The notes below the pieces were generated by a model. That model had not been told where the DNA came from. It did not search any database and saw only the letters and a program-made list of their open reading frames with translations. DNA of 64,000 nucleotides from Acidobacteriota bacterium (lineage in GTDB: Bacteria; Acidobacteriota; UBA6911; RPQK01; JAJDTT01). The stretch covers positions 1,131,709-1,195,708 of the forward strand of contig OY764083.1 in assembly GCA_963668095.1 (NCBI GenBank). The letters run 5' to 3'. The position numbers and the translations under genes are program-made. Of the stretch, positions 47,864-58,050 are shown piece after piece (position 1 is the first letter of the stretch; every line of letters begins with the position of its first letter).

Positions 47864-48847
47864 ATGGGCCGCTACCTGCTCCGCCGCCTGCTCATCGCGA
47901 TCCCGGTGCTGTTGGGCATCACTTTCGTTGCCTTCACGGCCTTGGCGCTCGCTCCGGGAGACCCCATCCTGGCCCGGATCGATCCCAGCATTCTGGCCCA
48001 GCAGTCGCCGGAGTGGATCGAGGAGCGCCGCCGCGAACTGGGACTGGATAAACCCATTCCCGTCCAATATGTGAAATGGCTGTCCGGTCTGGTCCAGGGG
48101 GATCTGGGTTACTCGGTGGCAACACGCCGGTCGGTGGGTGACGAACTGCGGACACGCCTGCCGGTCAGCCTGAAACTCATGGGCGCAGCCCTTCTGTTCG
48201 GGATCGTCATCGGAATCCCATTCGGCGCGCTGGCCGCGCTCAAGCAACACTCGCGGCTGGACTATGCCCTCAGTTCCCTCACCATGCTCCTGATCTCGAC
48301 CCCGACCTTTTTCCTCGGACTGCTGGCCATCTACCTGTTCGGAGTCCATCTGAGGCTGCTGCCGACGGGTGGCATGGCGACCCTGGGAACCGTCCCCAAC
48401 CTGGCCGATCAGGTCCGGCACCTGGTGCTGCCGGCCACGGTCCTGGGATTGCGGAACGCCGCCCTGCTGATGCGCCACACCCGAAGCAGCCTGTTGGAGG
48501 TATTACGTGAAGACCATGTGACGACGGCCCGCGGCAAGGGGTTGTCCCAGCGCGTCGTGTTCCTGCGGCATGTCCTGAGGAACGCCCTCATCCCCATCAT
48601 CAGCGTCCTGGGATTCCTGCTGCCCGAGTTGGTGGTGGGAGCGGTGATTACGGAACAGGTCTTCGCCTGGCCGGGGATGGGATTCATGGCCGTTCGAGCG
48701 GCGGCGGATCGTGACCCCTCCATGCTCATGGGGGTGGTCCTGGTGGTGGGAATCGGAGTCCTCCTGAGCTCCCTGCTGGCCGACATCGGCTACGCCATCG
48801 CCGACCCCAGAGTCCGTTTCACCCGGAAGCAGAGAACATGGATCTGA
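47864..48847 (+). CDS. ABC transporter permease (OppB/DppB)
   Basis: APGDP, LGLDKP..VQY, GDLGYS, TARGKGL, E.VFAWPGMG. Confidence 0.93.
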   Translation: MGRYLLRRLLIAIPVLLGITFVAFTALALAPGDPILARIDPSILAQQSPEWIEERRRELGLDKPIPVQYVKWLSGLVQGDLGYSVATRRSVGDELRTRLPVSLKLMGAALLFGIVIGIPFGALAALKQHSRLDYALSSLTMLLISTPTFFLGLLAIYLFGVHLRLLPTGGMATLGTVPNLADQVRHLVLPATVLGLRNAALLMRHTRSSLLEVLREDHVTTARGKGLSQRVVFLRHVLRNALIPIISVLGFLLPELVVGAVITEQVFAWPGMGFMAVRAAADRDPSMLMGVVLVVGIGVLLSSLLADIGYAIADPRVRFTRKQRTWI

Positions 48848-49713
48848 GTCGAGACGAACAGAGGCCCGCCAGACACCGGGGCCCCGGACCCTGGGCTCGA
48901 TTTCTCCGGCACCGGCTCGCCTGCGGCGGAGCGATTTTCCTGGGAATCATCATCCTGGCCGCCCTCCTCGCTCCCTGGGTGGGCCGGCACGATCCCTTCC
49001 ATACGGAACTGGAACATCTCAACCAGGCGCCCGACGCCGTCCATTGGCTGGGGACGGATCTGATCGGCCGGGATGTCTGGAGCCGGGTGATTCATGGCAG
49101 CCGCACCTCTCTGACCGTGGGAATCCTGGCAGTCGTCCTCTCCACGCTGATCGGCTCGCTTCTGGGTGCGCTGGCGGGATATTCAGGCGGCGCCATCGAT
49201 CAGGCCGTCATGAGGGCCACCGAAGTCATGATGAGCATCCCGGTCCTGCTCATGGTCATGCTTTTCGTCTCGCTGCTGGGCCCCAGCCTCGCCTCGGTCA
49301 CCCTGGTCATCGGGCTGCTGGGCTGGTCGAGCACCTGCCGCGTCGTGAGGGGAGAGGTCCTGGTGCTGCGGGAGAAGGATTTCATCTTGGCGGCGCGGTC
49401 CCTGGGCAACGGCCACGCCCGCGTCATCCTGCGTCACATCCTGCCCAACACCGTGGGTCCGCTGAGCGTGATCGCCACCTTCGGTTTCGCCAACGCCATC
49501 CTGCTGGAAGCGGCGCTCAGCTTTCTGGGGTTGGGAGTCCCTCCTCCCACGCCGAGTTGGGGAGGGATGCTCAACGAGGCTCAGTCGCCCACGGTGCTGG
49601 CCGGCATGCCCTGGCTCTGGATGGCGCCCGGGGCCGCCATCGCCGTGACGGTGCTGGCCGTCAATTTCATCGGGGACGGCCTGAGAGACTCGGCGGACGT
49701 TCGATCCCTCTAA
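48838..49713 (+). CDS. ABC transporter permease (OppC/DppC)
   Basis: HWLGTD..GRD, AARSLG, RHILPN, EAALSFLGLG, SWG.ML, GDGLRD. Confidence 0.93.
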   Translation: MDLSRDEQRPARHRGPGPWARFLRHRLACGGAIFLGIIILAALLAPWVGRHDPFHTELEHLNQAPDAVHWLGTDLIGRDVWSRVIHGSRTSLTVGILAVVLSTLIGSLLGALAGYSGGAIDQAVMRATEVMMSIPVLLMVMLFVSLLGPSLASVTLVIGLLGWSSTCRVVRGEVLVLREKDFILAARSLGNGHARVILRHILPNTVGPLSVIATFGFANAILLEAALSFLGLGVPPPTPSWGGMLNEAQSPTVLAGMPWLWMAPGAAIAVTVLAVNFIGDGLRDSADVRSL

Positions 49714-49728
49714 CTCGAATCTCCCGGG

Positions 49729-51600
49729 TCAGGCCTCCACAATCCCCAGTTCCCTGGCCTTCCGTCGGATGTGGCTCATTCGATCCTGAACCGGGACCAG
49801 TCGATTCCCGTCCGGCGTGGCGCGGGCCAAGTGGAAGAATTCGTACAGATCGAAACCGGCGAAGCGGCGGTCTCGCCAGATCCGCTCCATATCTTCTACA
49901 TATTCCTGGATCGGGATGGCCCGGGCCACGTACCGGTTCAGGTAGACCGGAAGCTCCAGATCTTCCGTGATCTCCAGTACTTCTTCCACCACCGGATCGG
50001 CCAGGACATTGATCAGTTTGCTCCTCCGGGCCGGAGACCCGTCCATCGGATCCTCGGCGGCCTCGTACCAACTGGATCTCAGGGTCACGGCGTCGGCCAG
50101 CCCCTCTTCCAACCATTGCCGCCAGGCGAAATGGATATTGGCCGGGAAACCCATAAGCTGACCGAAGACGGGGTCGGGACGGAACGCCTCGGTGTGGACC
50201 TGCACCTGGAAGAGCTTCCCGGCTCTCCGGGTCATGGCGCTGGCTTCGCGGACAAATCGAGTGTAGGCCTCGCCCCGCAGAGCACCCAGCAGGTTCGGAT
50301 CGAAGTCTTCCCGCCGGATGTCGACTCCGTGCCGTTCCCGGTAGGCCTCCACCACGGGAGGGTTGAAACCGTACTCGCAGGGTTCGTCGGTGAGGGTCCC
50401 GTGAGCCGAGACGCGGAGCACGACACCATCGACTCCCTTCTCCAACATGCGGTTGACCCGCCAATTCCAGAGCCGCTGCACCTCGGGATAGCACTCGCAG
50501 GGCGCGGCCGGCAGATAGCCGTTCTTGCCCCGGGCAAATGCGATGAAACCGCCTCCGGCCCCCCGGCCCAGCTCGGCCCGATGCTCGTGCCAGGAGCTGG
50601 CCTGCGAGTCTTGCGGCGTCGTCGGGCGTCCGGCCGGAGGCCCCCCTACCCCGTCCAGATGGAGCAGGCGGGTCCCGTAACCCGAATCGAATTCCAGGCC
50701 GTACGTGCGGAAGTCGCGGGGCCGAATCCAGGTGGCATCCCGGGTGGCCACGACAATGGGCAAGGCTTCCGGACCCGGACCGAAAACCTCGACCATGCCG
50801 ACAGCCGTGTTCTCGAAGTCAGTGGGTCCTTCTCTGAAATTGGTGGCCACTACCAGATAGCGATCTCGGAGATCGAGACCGGTGAGGGTGAGAGCCCGGA
50901 TGAAATCTCCTTTTCTGGTAATCACTTGACCGTAAGAGTCTCGAATTTCCTGGAGAGATGTCTCTACCGTTTCTTCGAGTCCGAAATCCACCTGCCGGCG
51001 CCGGTATCGATAGTTGTCGGGACTGCTCCAGATCTCCAGATGCCGGGCCCGGATTCGCGTAGGAGAGTCATCCCGCTTGACCAGACGGATCCGCCGAATG
51101 GGGATGGCCTGCAGGTTCGAGGGGCCCTCCAGGGGACGGCGTTGAATCCGAGTGTGGGGGAACCGCTCCATGAAGGGATTGAAGCACTGGAGGCTGCCCC
51201 CGATCCGCCGCATCGGACTGGCGGGGTCCGATTCCGGTGAACCCTCGGGAAAGGTGGCCGACATCCCGGTGTGGTAGGGCTTCAGGACCCCGAAAATTTC
51301 CAGTCCACGCCGGTGAGCCGCCCCCACGGCGGCTTCCAGCGGCTCGCCGATGGCCGCCAGCGTGAGGGGACCATACTTCGCCCAGGGGGTGCGAAGCATG
51401 TTGGTCCCGGCGCCGTACCGGTCCTGCTCCAGATCACCCAGGTACTGCCAATACACCCGGGTGACCCCCATGCGGCGAGCTTCCCGCATCATCAGTTCCA
51501 GGGTGCGAGGCGTGTAGAGCCCCCTGCCCCCGTCACCGAAAAAATCCACCGTCATGGAGAGCTTGAAGGGCGGCTCTCGGTCGACGCGAACCGGCGGCAT
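49729..51600 (-). CDS. Glycoside-hydrolase-like TIM-barrel protein with large insertion (paralogue of 40734-41972)
   Basis: GVTRVYW, AAHRRGLEIF, YPEVQ, GVDGV, YGFNPPVVEAY..RHGVD, W..WL.EGL.D. Confidence 0.55.
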   Translation of the reverse strand: MPPVRVDREPPFKLSMTVDFFGDGGRGLYTPRTLELMMREARRMGVTRVYWQYLGDLEQDRYGAGTNMLRTPWAKYGPLTLAAIGEPLEAAVGAAHRRGLEIFGVLKPYHTGMSATFPEGSPESDPASPMRRIGGSLQCFNPFMERFPHTRIQRRPLEGPSNLQAIPIRRIRLVKRDDSPTRIRARHLEIWSSPDNYRYRRRQVDFGLEETVETSLQEIRDSYGQVITRKGDFIRALTLTGLDLRDRYLVVATNFREGPTDFENTAVGMVEVFGPGPEALPIVVATRDATWIRPRDFRTYGLEFDSGYGTRLLHLDGVGGPPAGRPTTPQDSQASSWHEHRAELGRGAGGGFIAFARGKNGYLPAAPCECYPEVQRLWNWRVNRMLEKGVDGVVLRVSAHGTLTDEPCEYGFNPPVVEAYRERHGVDIRREDFDPNLLGALRGEAYTRFVREASAMTRRAGKLFQVQVHTEAFRPDPVFGQLMGFPANIHFAWRQWLEEGLADAVTLRSSWYEAAEDPMDGSPARRSKLINVLADPVVEEVLEITEDLELPVYLNRYVARAIPIQEYVEDMERIWRDRRFAGFDLYEFFHLARATPDGNRLVPVQDRMSHIRRKARELGIVEA

Positions 51601-51613
51601 GGGGTCCCCGACG

Positions 51614-52714
51614 TCAGGAGATGTGGGCCCCCTGGGTCTCCACGTAGACGGCGTAAAGGGATTGGCTGGCGGTCATGAAAAGGCGGTTCCGCTTCCGGCC
51701 TCCGAAGCAGGCGTTGCCGCAAATCTCGGGGAGGCGGATCTGCCCGATGCGTTCTCCGTCCGGGGCGAAAATGTGGACTCCGTCATAGCCGTCTCCGACC
51801 CAGCCGGCGCTGGCCCAGATGTTGCCGTCCACGTCCGCCCGGATTCCGTCGGCGAAGCCCGCCTTTCCGTTCAACTCCATGGAGGTGAACTCGCGGCCGC
51901 CGGAGAGGCGCTTCCCGTCGACGATGTCCCAGACCTTGATGTTCTTGGGGGCCTCCGGGTAGTGGGAGGCGCCTGTGTCGGCCACGTAGAGCTTCCTGTA
52001 GTCGGGAGAGAAGCAGAGCCCGTTGGGCTTGAAGATCTCGTCGGTCACCTTGTCCATCCGGCCGCTCGCGGCGTCAATCCGGTAGACGGCTTCCTTGATG
52101 TGGAGCGTCCCCTTGTGCCCCTCGTAGTTCATGAGGCTGCCGTATCCCGGATCGGTGAACCAGATGGCTCCGTCGTCCGGATGCACGACCGCATCGTTGG
52201 GAGCGTTCAACGGCTTCCCTTCCCACTCGCCGGCCAGCACCGTGGCGGTGCCGTCCGGCTCATAGCGCACGACCCGCCGGTTGCCGTGCTCGCAGGAGAT
52301 CTGACGTCCCTGATAGTCGAACGTGTTCCCGTTGCTGTTTCCCGAGGGGGACCGGAAGACGCTCACGTGTCCGTCTTCGTCCAGCCAGCGCAACTGGCGG
52401 TCGTTGGGAATGTCGCTCCAAACCAGGTAGCGGCCCACTCCGCTCCAAGCCGGCCCCTCCGCCCAGAGGGTTCCGGTGTGCAGGCGCTGGATGGGTGTGT
52501 TGCCCAACTTGTAGCGGGCGAAGCGTTGGTCCAGCACCACGATGTCGGGGTCCGGATAGCGCACCGGTTGCGCCGAGGGACCGTATTCCCGGCCCAGGAC
52601 GGGAACCGACGCGGCCGCCGCCGCCAGGAAGGTCCGGCGCCCCCAGCGGTAGGAAGAAGTTCTCGAGGTATGGATGTCTATCGTTTTCATCTGTGGGCCG
52701 GCGCCAATCTTCAT
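51614..52714 (-). CDS. SMP-30/gluconolactonase family protein with Tat-like signal
   Basis: GRRTFLA; WAEGP.W, SDIPN, NGNTFD, NAPND, PNGLCFSPD, DGIRAD; GGAGG RBS before ATG 52714. Confidence 0.92.
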   Translation of the reverse strand: MKIGAGPQMKTIDIHTSRTSSYRWGRRTFLAAAAASVPVLGREYGPSAQPVRYPDPDIVVLDQRFARYKLGNTPIQRLHTGTLWAEGPAWSGVGRYLVWSDIPNDRQLRWLDEDGHVSVFRSPSGNSNGNTFDYQGRQISCEHGNRRVVRYEPDGTATVLAGEWEGKPLNAPNDAVVHPDDGAIWFTDPGYGSLMNYEGHKGTLHIKEAVYRIDAASGRMDKVTDEIFKPNGLCFSPDYRKLYVADTGASHYPEAPKNIKVWDIVDGKRLSGGREFTSMELNGKAGFADGIRADVDGNIWASAGWVGDGYDGVHIFAPDGERIGQIRLPEICGNACFGGRKRNRLFMTASQSLYAVYVETQGAHIS

Positions 52715-52852
52715 AGGGAACCTCCGTCCCCAGGATGGCACATCCGGCCGCCGGGATGAAGTAGACAGGCTCGCACAGACGTTCCCGGCTGAACGGAAAC
52801 CCACTGACGAACACACGGCTTCAGAAGTTGCTGGTATTTGAACTATTCAAGT

Positions 52853-53104
52853 TCAAGTCAGATGCTGGAAGACGACCCTGCCAAGAGCGAGCACCAGCGT
52901 CACGATGCTGGCAGCGATGACCCAGAGCCAGCGGTAGAGGGTCTTGAACTTGTTGGCCACTTCGGCCTTGATCTCGATGATGTCCCGTTTGGTCGCCAAG
53001 TGGTGGCTTACTGGAATGGCTTCGGCGGCAGCCTTGGCCTGGGCTTTCGGTGCGCCGGCGGCGACGAAGGCCTCGTAGACTTCGCTGCTCATGACTCCCA
53101 TCAT
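52853..53104 (-). CDS. Small coiled-coil membrane-anchored protein (LATKxD motif; DUF1640/CCDC90-like)
   Basis: Strong RBS; AG.P..QA.A.AE..LATKRDI..., C-terminal hydrophobic helix. Confidence 0.65.
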   Translation of the reverse strand: MMGVMSSEVYEAFVAAGAPKAQAKAAAEAIPVSHHLATKRDIIEIKAEVANKFKTLYRWLWVIAASIVTLVLALGRVVFQHLT

Positions 53105-53513
53105 TCCCCCTCCGAAGTTGCCTCAACTGTTCCGCAATTTAGCATGTTCCTCCCTCCAGCGCGCTGCTTTCACTGCGGACCGACCGCTATGACAACGCGT
53201 CGGAGGGTGCTCTACGCGACACCAATCTACGAGGAAACGCTGGAGACGATTCCGGGACGCAGTCGGATCATATGCCGGGACGGGACCCAGTTCTTTCTCT
53301 ATTCCGTCGTTTTCGTCGATCCCCGTCGCCGTGTCGCCTCCATGATCGGAAGATTCGCCTCGGTGGGAATGAAAACAACTCTATTTTTAGTAACGTCCAG
53401 GCGGGTGAAATACGCGACCCAAAATAAACTGAGCCGGTCCTGCCGAGCTCTGGTCGATCGCTCCGGAGCCGGTCGTTTTCCCACGCCCGGCCCAATCGGG
53501 TTAGAATCGGCGG

Positions 53514-55265
53514 ATGGTGAAAGAGTCGGACCCAAAAGCGGCGGGAGATTCCCGGCCGTCCCGGTCATTGGATTTCCTACGGGCCATCCTCGAGGACGAC
53601 TTGAAAACCGGGCGCTTTCAGGGACGCGTGCAGACCCGATTCCCTCCCGAGCCCAACGGCTATCTCCATATTGGGCACGCCAAGGCCATCTGCCTCGACT
53701 TCGGATTGGCCGAAGAGTACGGCGGCCTCTGCAATATGCGCTTCGATGACACCAATCCCACCAAGGAGGAGCGGGAGTACATGGTGAGCATCCTCGAAGA
53801 CGTGCGCTGGCTCGGCTTCGACTGGGGGGAGCGGCTCTACCACGCCTCCGACTATTTCGAACAGCTCTACGAATTCGCCTGTCAGCTCATTCGGGATGGC
53901 AAGGCTTATGTGGACAGCCTCAGCGCCACCCAGATCCGGGAATACCGGGGCACTCTCACCGAGCCGGGCCGCAACAGTCCCTACCGGGACCGGCCCGTGG
54001 ACGAAAACCTGGACCTCTTCGAGCGAATGAGGAACGGTGAATTTCCCAACGGCGCCCACGTACTACGGGCCCGCATCGACATGGCCTCGGGCAACCTGAA
54101 TCTTCGAGACCCGGTCATGTACCGGATCCTCCACGCCCCCCACCCGCGCACGGGAGGCAAGTGGTGCATCTACCCCACGTACGACTTCGCCCACGGCCAG
54201 TCCGACTCCATCGAGAGGGTCACTCATTCCATCTGCACCCTGGAGTTCGAAGATCATCGTCCCCTTTACGACTGGTTCCTGGAGAATCTGGGGATCTACC
54301 GCTCCCAGCAGATCGAGTTCGCTCGCCTCAACATCACCAAGACCATCTTGAGCAAACGCAAACTCTCCCGTTTGGTGAAGGAGGGTCACGTTGACGGCTG
54401 GAACGATCCCCGCATGCCGACGCTTTCGGGGATGCGCCGGCGAGGCTACACGGCGGAAGCGATTCGCGACTTCTGCGCTAAGGTTGGCGTATCCAAGAAA
54501 GACAGCATCGTGGAGGCGCAGATGCTGGAGCACAGCCTCCGTCAGTACTTGAACCAGACCTCTCCCCGGGTCATGGGCGTGCTCCGTCCGCTCCGGGTGG
54601 TCATCGAAAACTATCCCCCGGACCAGGTGGAGGAACTGACGGCCATCAACAATCCCGAATCTCCCGAGGCGGGCACCCGCAAGGTCCCCTTCTCCCGGGT
54701 TCTCTACTTGGAGCGGGAGGACTTCATGGAGAACCCGCCCCGCAGGTTCTTTCGGCTGGCGCCCGGACGCGAGGTCCGCCTGCGCTACGCCTACTTCATC
54801 ACCTGTGTGGGAGTCGTCAAGGACGACGAGGGACGAGTCGTGGAGTTGCGCTGCACCTACGACCCGGCCACGCGGGGAGGAGACGCGCCCGACGGGCGCC
54901 GGGTCAAGGCCACCCTGCACTGGGTCTCCGCCGCCCACGCCCTGAGCGCTCAGGTCCGTCTCTACGACAGCTTGTTCATCAAGGATAATCCGAGTGACGC
55001 CGGCGACGGATCGGACTTCATCTCGAATCTCAATCCAAACTCTCTAAAGATTATTGAAGACTGCAAAATTGAGCCCAGCCTCGTGAGCTCCCAGGGCGGC
55101 CACCGGGTCCAGTTCGAGCGGTTGGGCTATTTCTGCGTGGATTCGGAGGACTCCTTACCCGACCGGCTCGTCTTCAATCGCACCGTGACCCTGAGGGACG
55201 CCTGGGCCAAGATCCGGAAATCCCGGAAGAAGGTGACTCGGAAGCGGCGCCGCGGTCGGCGCTAG
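53514..55265 (+). CDS. glnS: Glutamine--tRNA ligase
   Basis: [55 protein letters not shown]. Confidence 0.97.
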   Translation: MVKESDPKAAGDSRPSRSLDFLRAILEDDLKTGRFQGRVQTRFPPEPNGYLHIGHAKAICLDFGLAEEYGGLCNMRFDDTNPTKEEREYMVSILEDVRWLGFDWGERLYHASDYFEQLYEFACQLIRDGKAYVDSLSATQIREYRGTLTEPGRNSPYRDRPVDENLDLFERMRNGEFPNGAHVLRARIDMASGNLNLRDPVMYRILHAPHPRTGGKWCIYPTYDFAHGQSDSIERVTHSICTLEFEDHRPLYDWFLENLGIYRSQQIEFARLNITKTILSKRKLSRLVKEGHVDGWNDPRMPTLSGMRRRGYTAEAIRDFCAKVGVSKKDSIVEAQMLEHSLRQYLNQTSPRVMGVLRPLRVVIENYPPDQVEELTAINNPESPEAGTRKVPFSRVLYLEREDFMENPPRRFFRLAPGREVRLRYAYFITCVGVVKDDEGRVVELRCTYDPATRGGDAPDGRRVKATLHWVSAAHALSAQVRLYDSLFIKDNPSDAGDGSDFISNLNPNSLKIIEDCKIEPSLVSSQGGHRVQFERLGYFCVDSEDSLPDRLVFNRTVTLRDAWAKIRKSRKKVTRKRRRGRR

Positions 55266-55281
55266 CAGCCCGAAATTGTGA

Positions 55282-55467
55282 TCAGCAGTAGAGGCAGCGG
55301 ATGTCCTCGAAGACCGTCGATTCGTCGGCCTCGGTCAGCACGTAGTCGATGACCACCCGCAGGGCCTTGTCCTGATCTCCCAGATCGTACTTGTCGGCCA
55401 TCTGCTTGAGCCAGTCCACGTGATTCGGATTCAACTGATAAATCGCTTCGACCTTGGGTCCAGCCAT
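55282..55467 (-). CDS. Small hypothetical protein ending in CxxC
   Basis: AGGAGG RBS; typical codon usage; ends ...FEDIRCLYC. Confidence 0.7.
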   Translation of the reverse strand: MAGPKVEAIYQLNPNHVDWLKQMADKYDLGDQDKALRVVIDYVLTEADESTVFEDIRCLYC

Positions 55468-55537
55468 CAGGGCGTCCTCCTAAAATAATCCAACATCAGC
55501 ACCAAAAACCGCCGCGGCCGATGGCGGCGCGAGGCCA

Positions 55538-56035
55538 TTACCATTTGCCGTGCTTGTATCGTGTAGCCCAATCGACCCCTTGCCAACTCATGAGCTTGCG
55601 GGGCCGGACGAACAGCAGCCATCTGGGCTCGTTCAGAGTCGGAACCAGATAGTCCGGACCCCGGTGCCCCAGATAGCGCAACGACATTCTGCGGGCGATC
55701 TCGACCCATCTTCCACCCACGTTGGGCTCCTCCAGGACGTCGGCCTCGCCCCGGACCAGAACCCTTCGATTGTAACGGGTGGAATCATCGATGCACAGAA
55801 ACACCCGGGGCTCCCGCCGAATATGCCTGGCCCAGGCGGAACGGGCTCGCGGAATGATGTAGAAACCTCCGTCCCGGTACTCGAACCAACAGGGCACCAC
55901 GTAGGGCCACCCCTCCCGGTCCAGACAGCCGAGACGGCAAATGGGGTCTCCGGAAAGGAATTCCTCCAGCTCCTCCGGGGACAGCTTCCCCACCTTTCCC
56001 CGCCAGCTCCGGCCTTCGTCCGACTTTCGAGCCAT
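55538..56035 (-). CDS. Pyridoxamine 5'-phosphate oxidase-like (split-barrel flavin/F420-binding) protein
   Basis: ICRLGC...G.PYVVP.WF, I...PRV..CID, V.VRG.A. Confidence 0.85.
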   Translation of the reverse strand: MARKSDEGRSWRGKVGKLSPEELEEFLSGDPICRLGCLDREGWPYVVPCWFEYRDGGFYIIPRARSAWARHIRREPRVFLCIDDSTRYNRRVLVRGEADVLEEPNVGGRWVEIARRMSLRYLGHRGPDYLVPTLNEPRWLLFVRPRKLMSWQGVDWATRYKHGKW

Positions 56036-56184
56036 CGCCGGATCACCATAGCCCAGTCGGCGGCGCCTCACAAGGGCGCTGCCAACCGCTCCTGCACGAC
56101 CGCTCTGCTCGTCCCGCACCGCCTCGAAACCGCCGGCGCCCGAGTTCGCATCCGCTGGACTTTGACGGTATCCTTCTCTTCATC

Positions 56185-57042
56185 ATGGCGCAGACGACTC
56201 CTGCAACGCCGGGTTTTCTGGAGAGCTCCACAGTCGAGGTGCTCCGGGACGTCACCCGCACCCAGCCCCCCCGTTGTGCCCTTTTCGACTTCGACGGCAC
56301 CCTCAGCCTGATTCGAGAAGGTTGGCCCCAGATCATGATCCCGATGATGGTGGATATCCTGCAGCAGAGCGGCAGCGGCGAGAGCGATGAGGAGCTGGAG
56401 CGTGTGGTCACCGACTTCGTCACCGAGCTGACCGGCCGGCAGACCATCTATCAGATGATCCGGCTGGCCGAGGAATTGGAAAAAAGAGGGGGCACACCTG
56501 CTGATCCTCAGGAATACAAGAGCCGCTACCTGGACCTTCTGATGGAGAAGATCCGGCACCGGCGGCTGCGCCTGGGCACCGGCAAGGCCCTCCCCGCCGA
56601 CTATCTGGTTCCAGGATCGGTCCAGATGCTGCGCGCCCTCCGGGAGCGGGGCGTCCAGCTCTACCTGGCCAGCGGCACCGACGAGCAGTACGTCCGGGAA
56701 GAAGCACGCCTCCTGGAGGTGGACGGATTCTTCGGACGCCACATTTACGGTGCCCGGAAAGACTACGCGAACCACTCCAAACGAAGGGTCATCGAACGAA
56801 TCCTGCGGGAGAACCGGATCGACGGCGCTTCGCTGGTGGGGTTCGGGGACGGTTACGTGGAGATCGAAAACGTGAAATCGTGCGGCGGAATCGCCGTTGC
56901 GCTGGCCACCGACGAAGCCCATCCCGGCGGGGCTCCCGACCCCTGGAAACGAGCCCGGTTGAGCGCGGCGGGCGCCGACCTGTCGGTTCCCGACTTCCGG
57001 GACTGGAGGGTCCTCATCCGCTGCCTGTTCCAGCGAGTGTGA
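56185..57042 (+). CDS. HAD-superfamily phosphatase
   Basis: LFDFDGTLS, LASGTD, SK, FGDGYVEI. Confidence 0.88.
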   Translation: MAQTTPATPGFLESSTVEVLRDVTRTQPPRCALFDFDGTLSLIREGWPQIMIPMMVDILQQSGSGESDEELERVVTDFVTELTGRQTIYQMIRLAEELEKRGGTPADPQEYKSRYLDLLMEKIRHRRLRLGTGKALPADYLVPGSVQMLRALRERGVQLYLASGTDEQYVREEARLLEVDGFFGRHIYGARKDYANHSKRRVIERILRENRIDGASLVGFGDGYVEIENVKSCGGIAVALATDEAHPGGAPDPWKRARLSAAGADLSVPDFRDWRVLIRCLFQRV

Positions 57043-57045
57043 AGA

Positions 57046-58050
57046 TTGCCCTTCCCCCAGTTCGACCGCAGCCGCCTGCGCCTTCTCCCCCTGAGCCGGC
57101 GGACCCACGACCTGAAGGCGGCAGACGTGTTGAAGACCCCGGGCGGGGTTCGAGAGCCTTTCGAGCATCCGGCGCTGCCAAAGCTCGCCGGGCGTATTTT
57201 GGACGCATCGCGGGCAGGGAGATCCATCATTTTCGCCTGTGGCGCCCATGTTCTGCGGGAGGGCAACGCACCGCTGCTCATCGATCTCATGGAGCGGGGC
57301 GTCCTGGGCCACCTGGCCCTCAACGGCGCCGGGGCCATTCACGATTTCGAACTGGCGCTGGTGGGCGAGACCTGCGAGAGCGTTGCGCGCTACGTCGCCG
57401 AAGGAAAGTTCGGACTCTGGCGGGAGACCGGGCGCATCAACGAGTCCGCCTCGGCTGCGGCCCGCGACGGGATCGGCCTGGGGGAGGCGGTCGGGCGAAT
57501 GATCCAGGAGGAGTGCTTTCCCTATCGGCGCGAGAGCGTCCTGGCCGCGGCCTACCGGCTCCAGGTCCCGGCCACGGTCCATGTCTCAATCGGCCAGGAC
57601 ATCATCCACCAGCACCCGGGATTCGACGGAGCCGCCACCGGGGCCGGCTCCTATACCGACTTCCTGATCTTCGCCGAGTCGGTGACCCGCCTCGAGGGTG
57701 GAGTCTTTCTCAATATCGGTACGGCCGTCATGGGACCCGAGATTTACCTGAAGGCGCTGGCCATGGCTCGCAACGTGGCTCACCGGGAAGGCCGGCGCAT
57801 CGCCCGCTTCACCACCGCCGTCTTCGACCTGGTTCCTCTGGGGGACACCTCCCGGGAGGCCGGCAAGTCGGACCCCAGATACTACTTCCGGCCCTTCAAG
57901 ACCATCCTGGTGCGTACCGTCGCCGACGGCGGGGAGAGCTTCTACGTGCAGGGGAACCATGCAGCGACGGTTCCTGCCCTTTACGATCTGGTCCTCGACC
58001 GGCTCAAGGCAGCCGAGCCTGCCCGACCCGGCCGCGACTCGGAGTCATGA
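57046..58050 (+). CDS. Uncharacterised protein, deoxyhypusine-synthase-like fold
   Basis: GAHV...G, NGAGAIHDFE, PATVHV.IG.DI.H.HP, NIGTAV.GPE.YLKAL, G.H. Confidence 0.65.
   Translation: MPFPQFDRSRLRLLPLSRRTHDLKAADVLKTPGGVREPFEHPALPKLAGRILDASRAGRSIIFACGAHVLREGNAPLLIDLMERGVLGHLALNGAGAIHDFELALVGETCESVARYVAEGKFGLWRETGRINESASAAARDGIGLGEAVGRMIQEECFPYRRESVLAAAYRLQVPATVHVSIGQDIIHQHPGFDGAATGAGSYTDFLIFAESVTRLEGGVFLNIGTAVMGPEIYLKALAMARNVAHREGRRIARFTTAVFDLVPLGDTSREAGKSDPRYYFRPFKTILVRTVADGGESFYVQGNHAATVPALYDLVLDRLKAAEPARPGRDSES

Noticed and set aside
53105-53513. T-box leader upstream of glnS
   Set aside because: No GGTGG.ACC T-box motif or terminator, and a -10 box sits right before the ATG.
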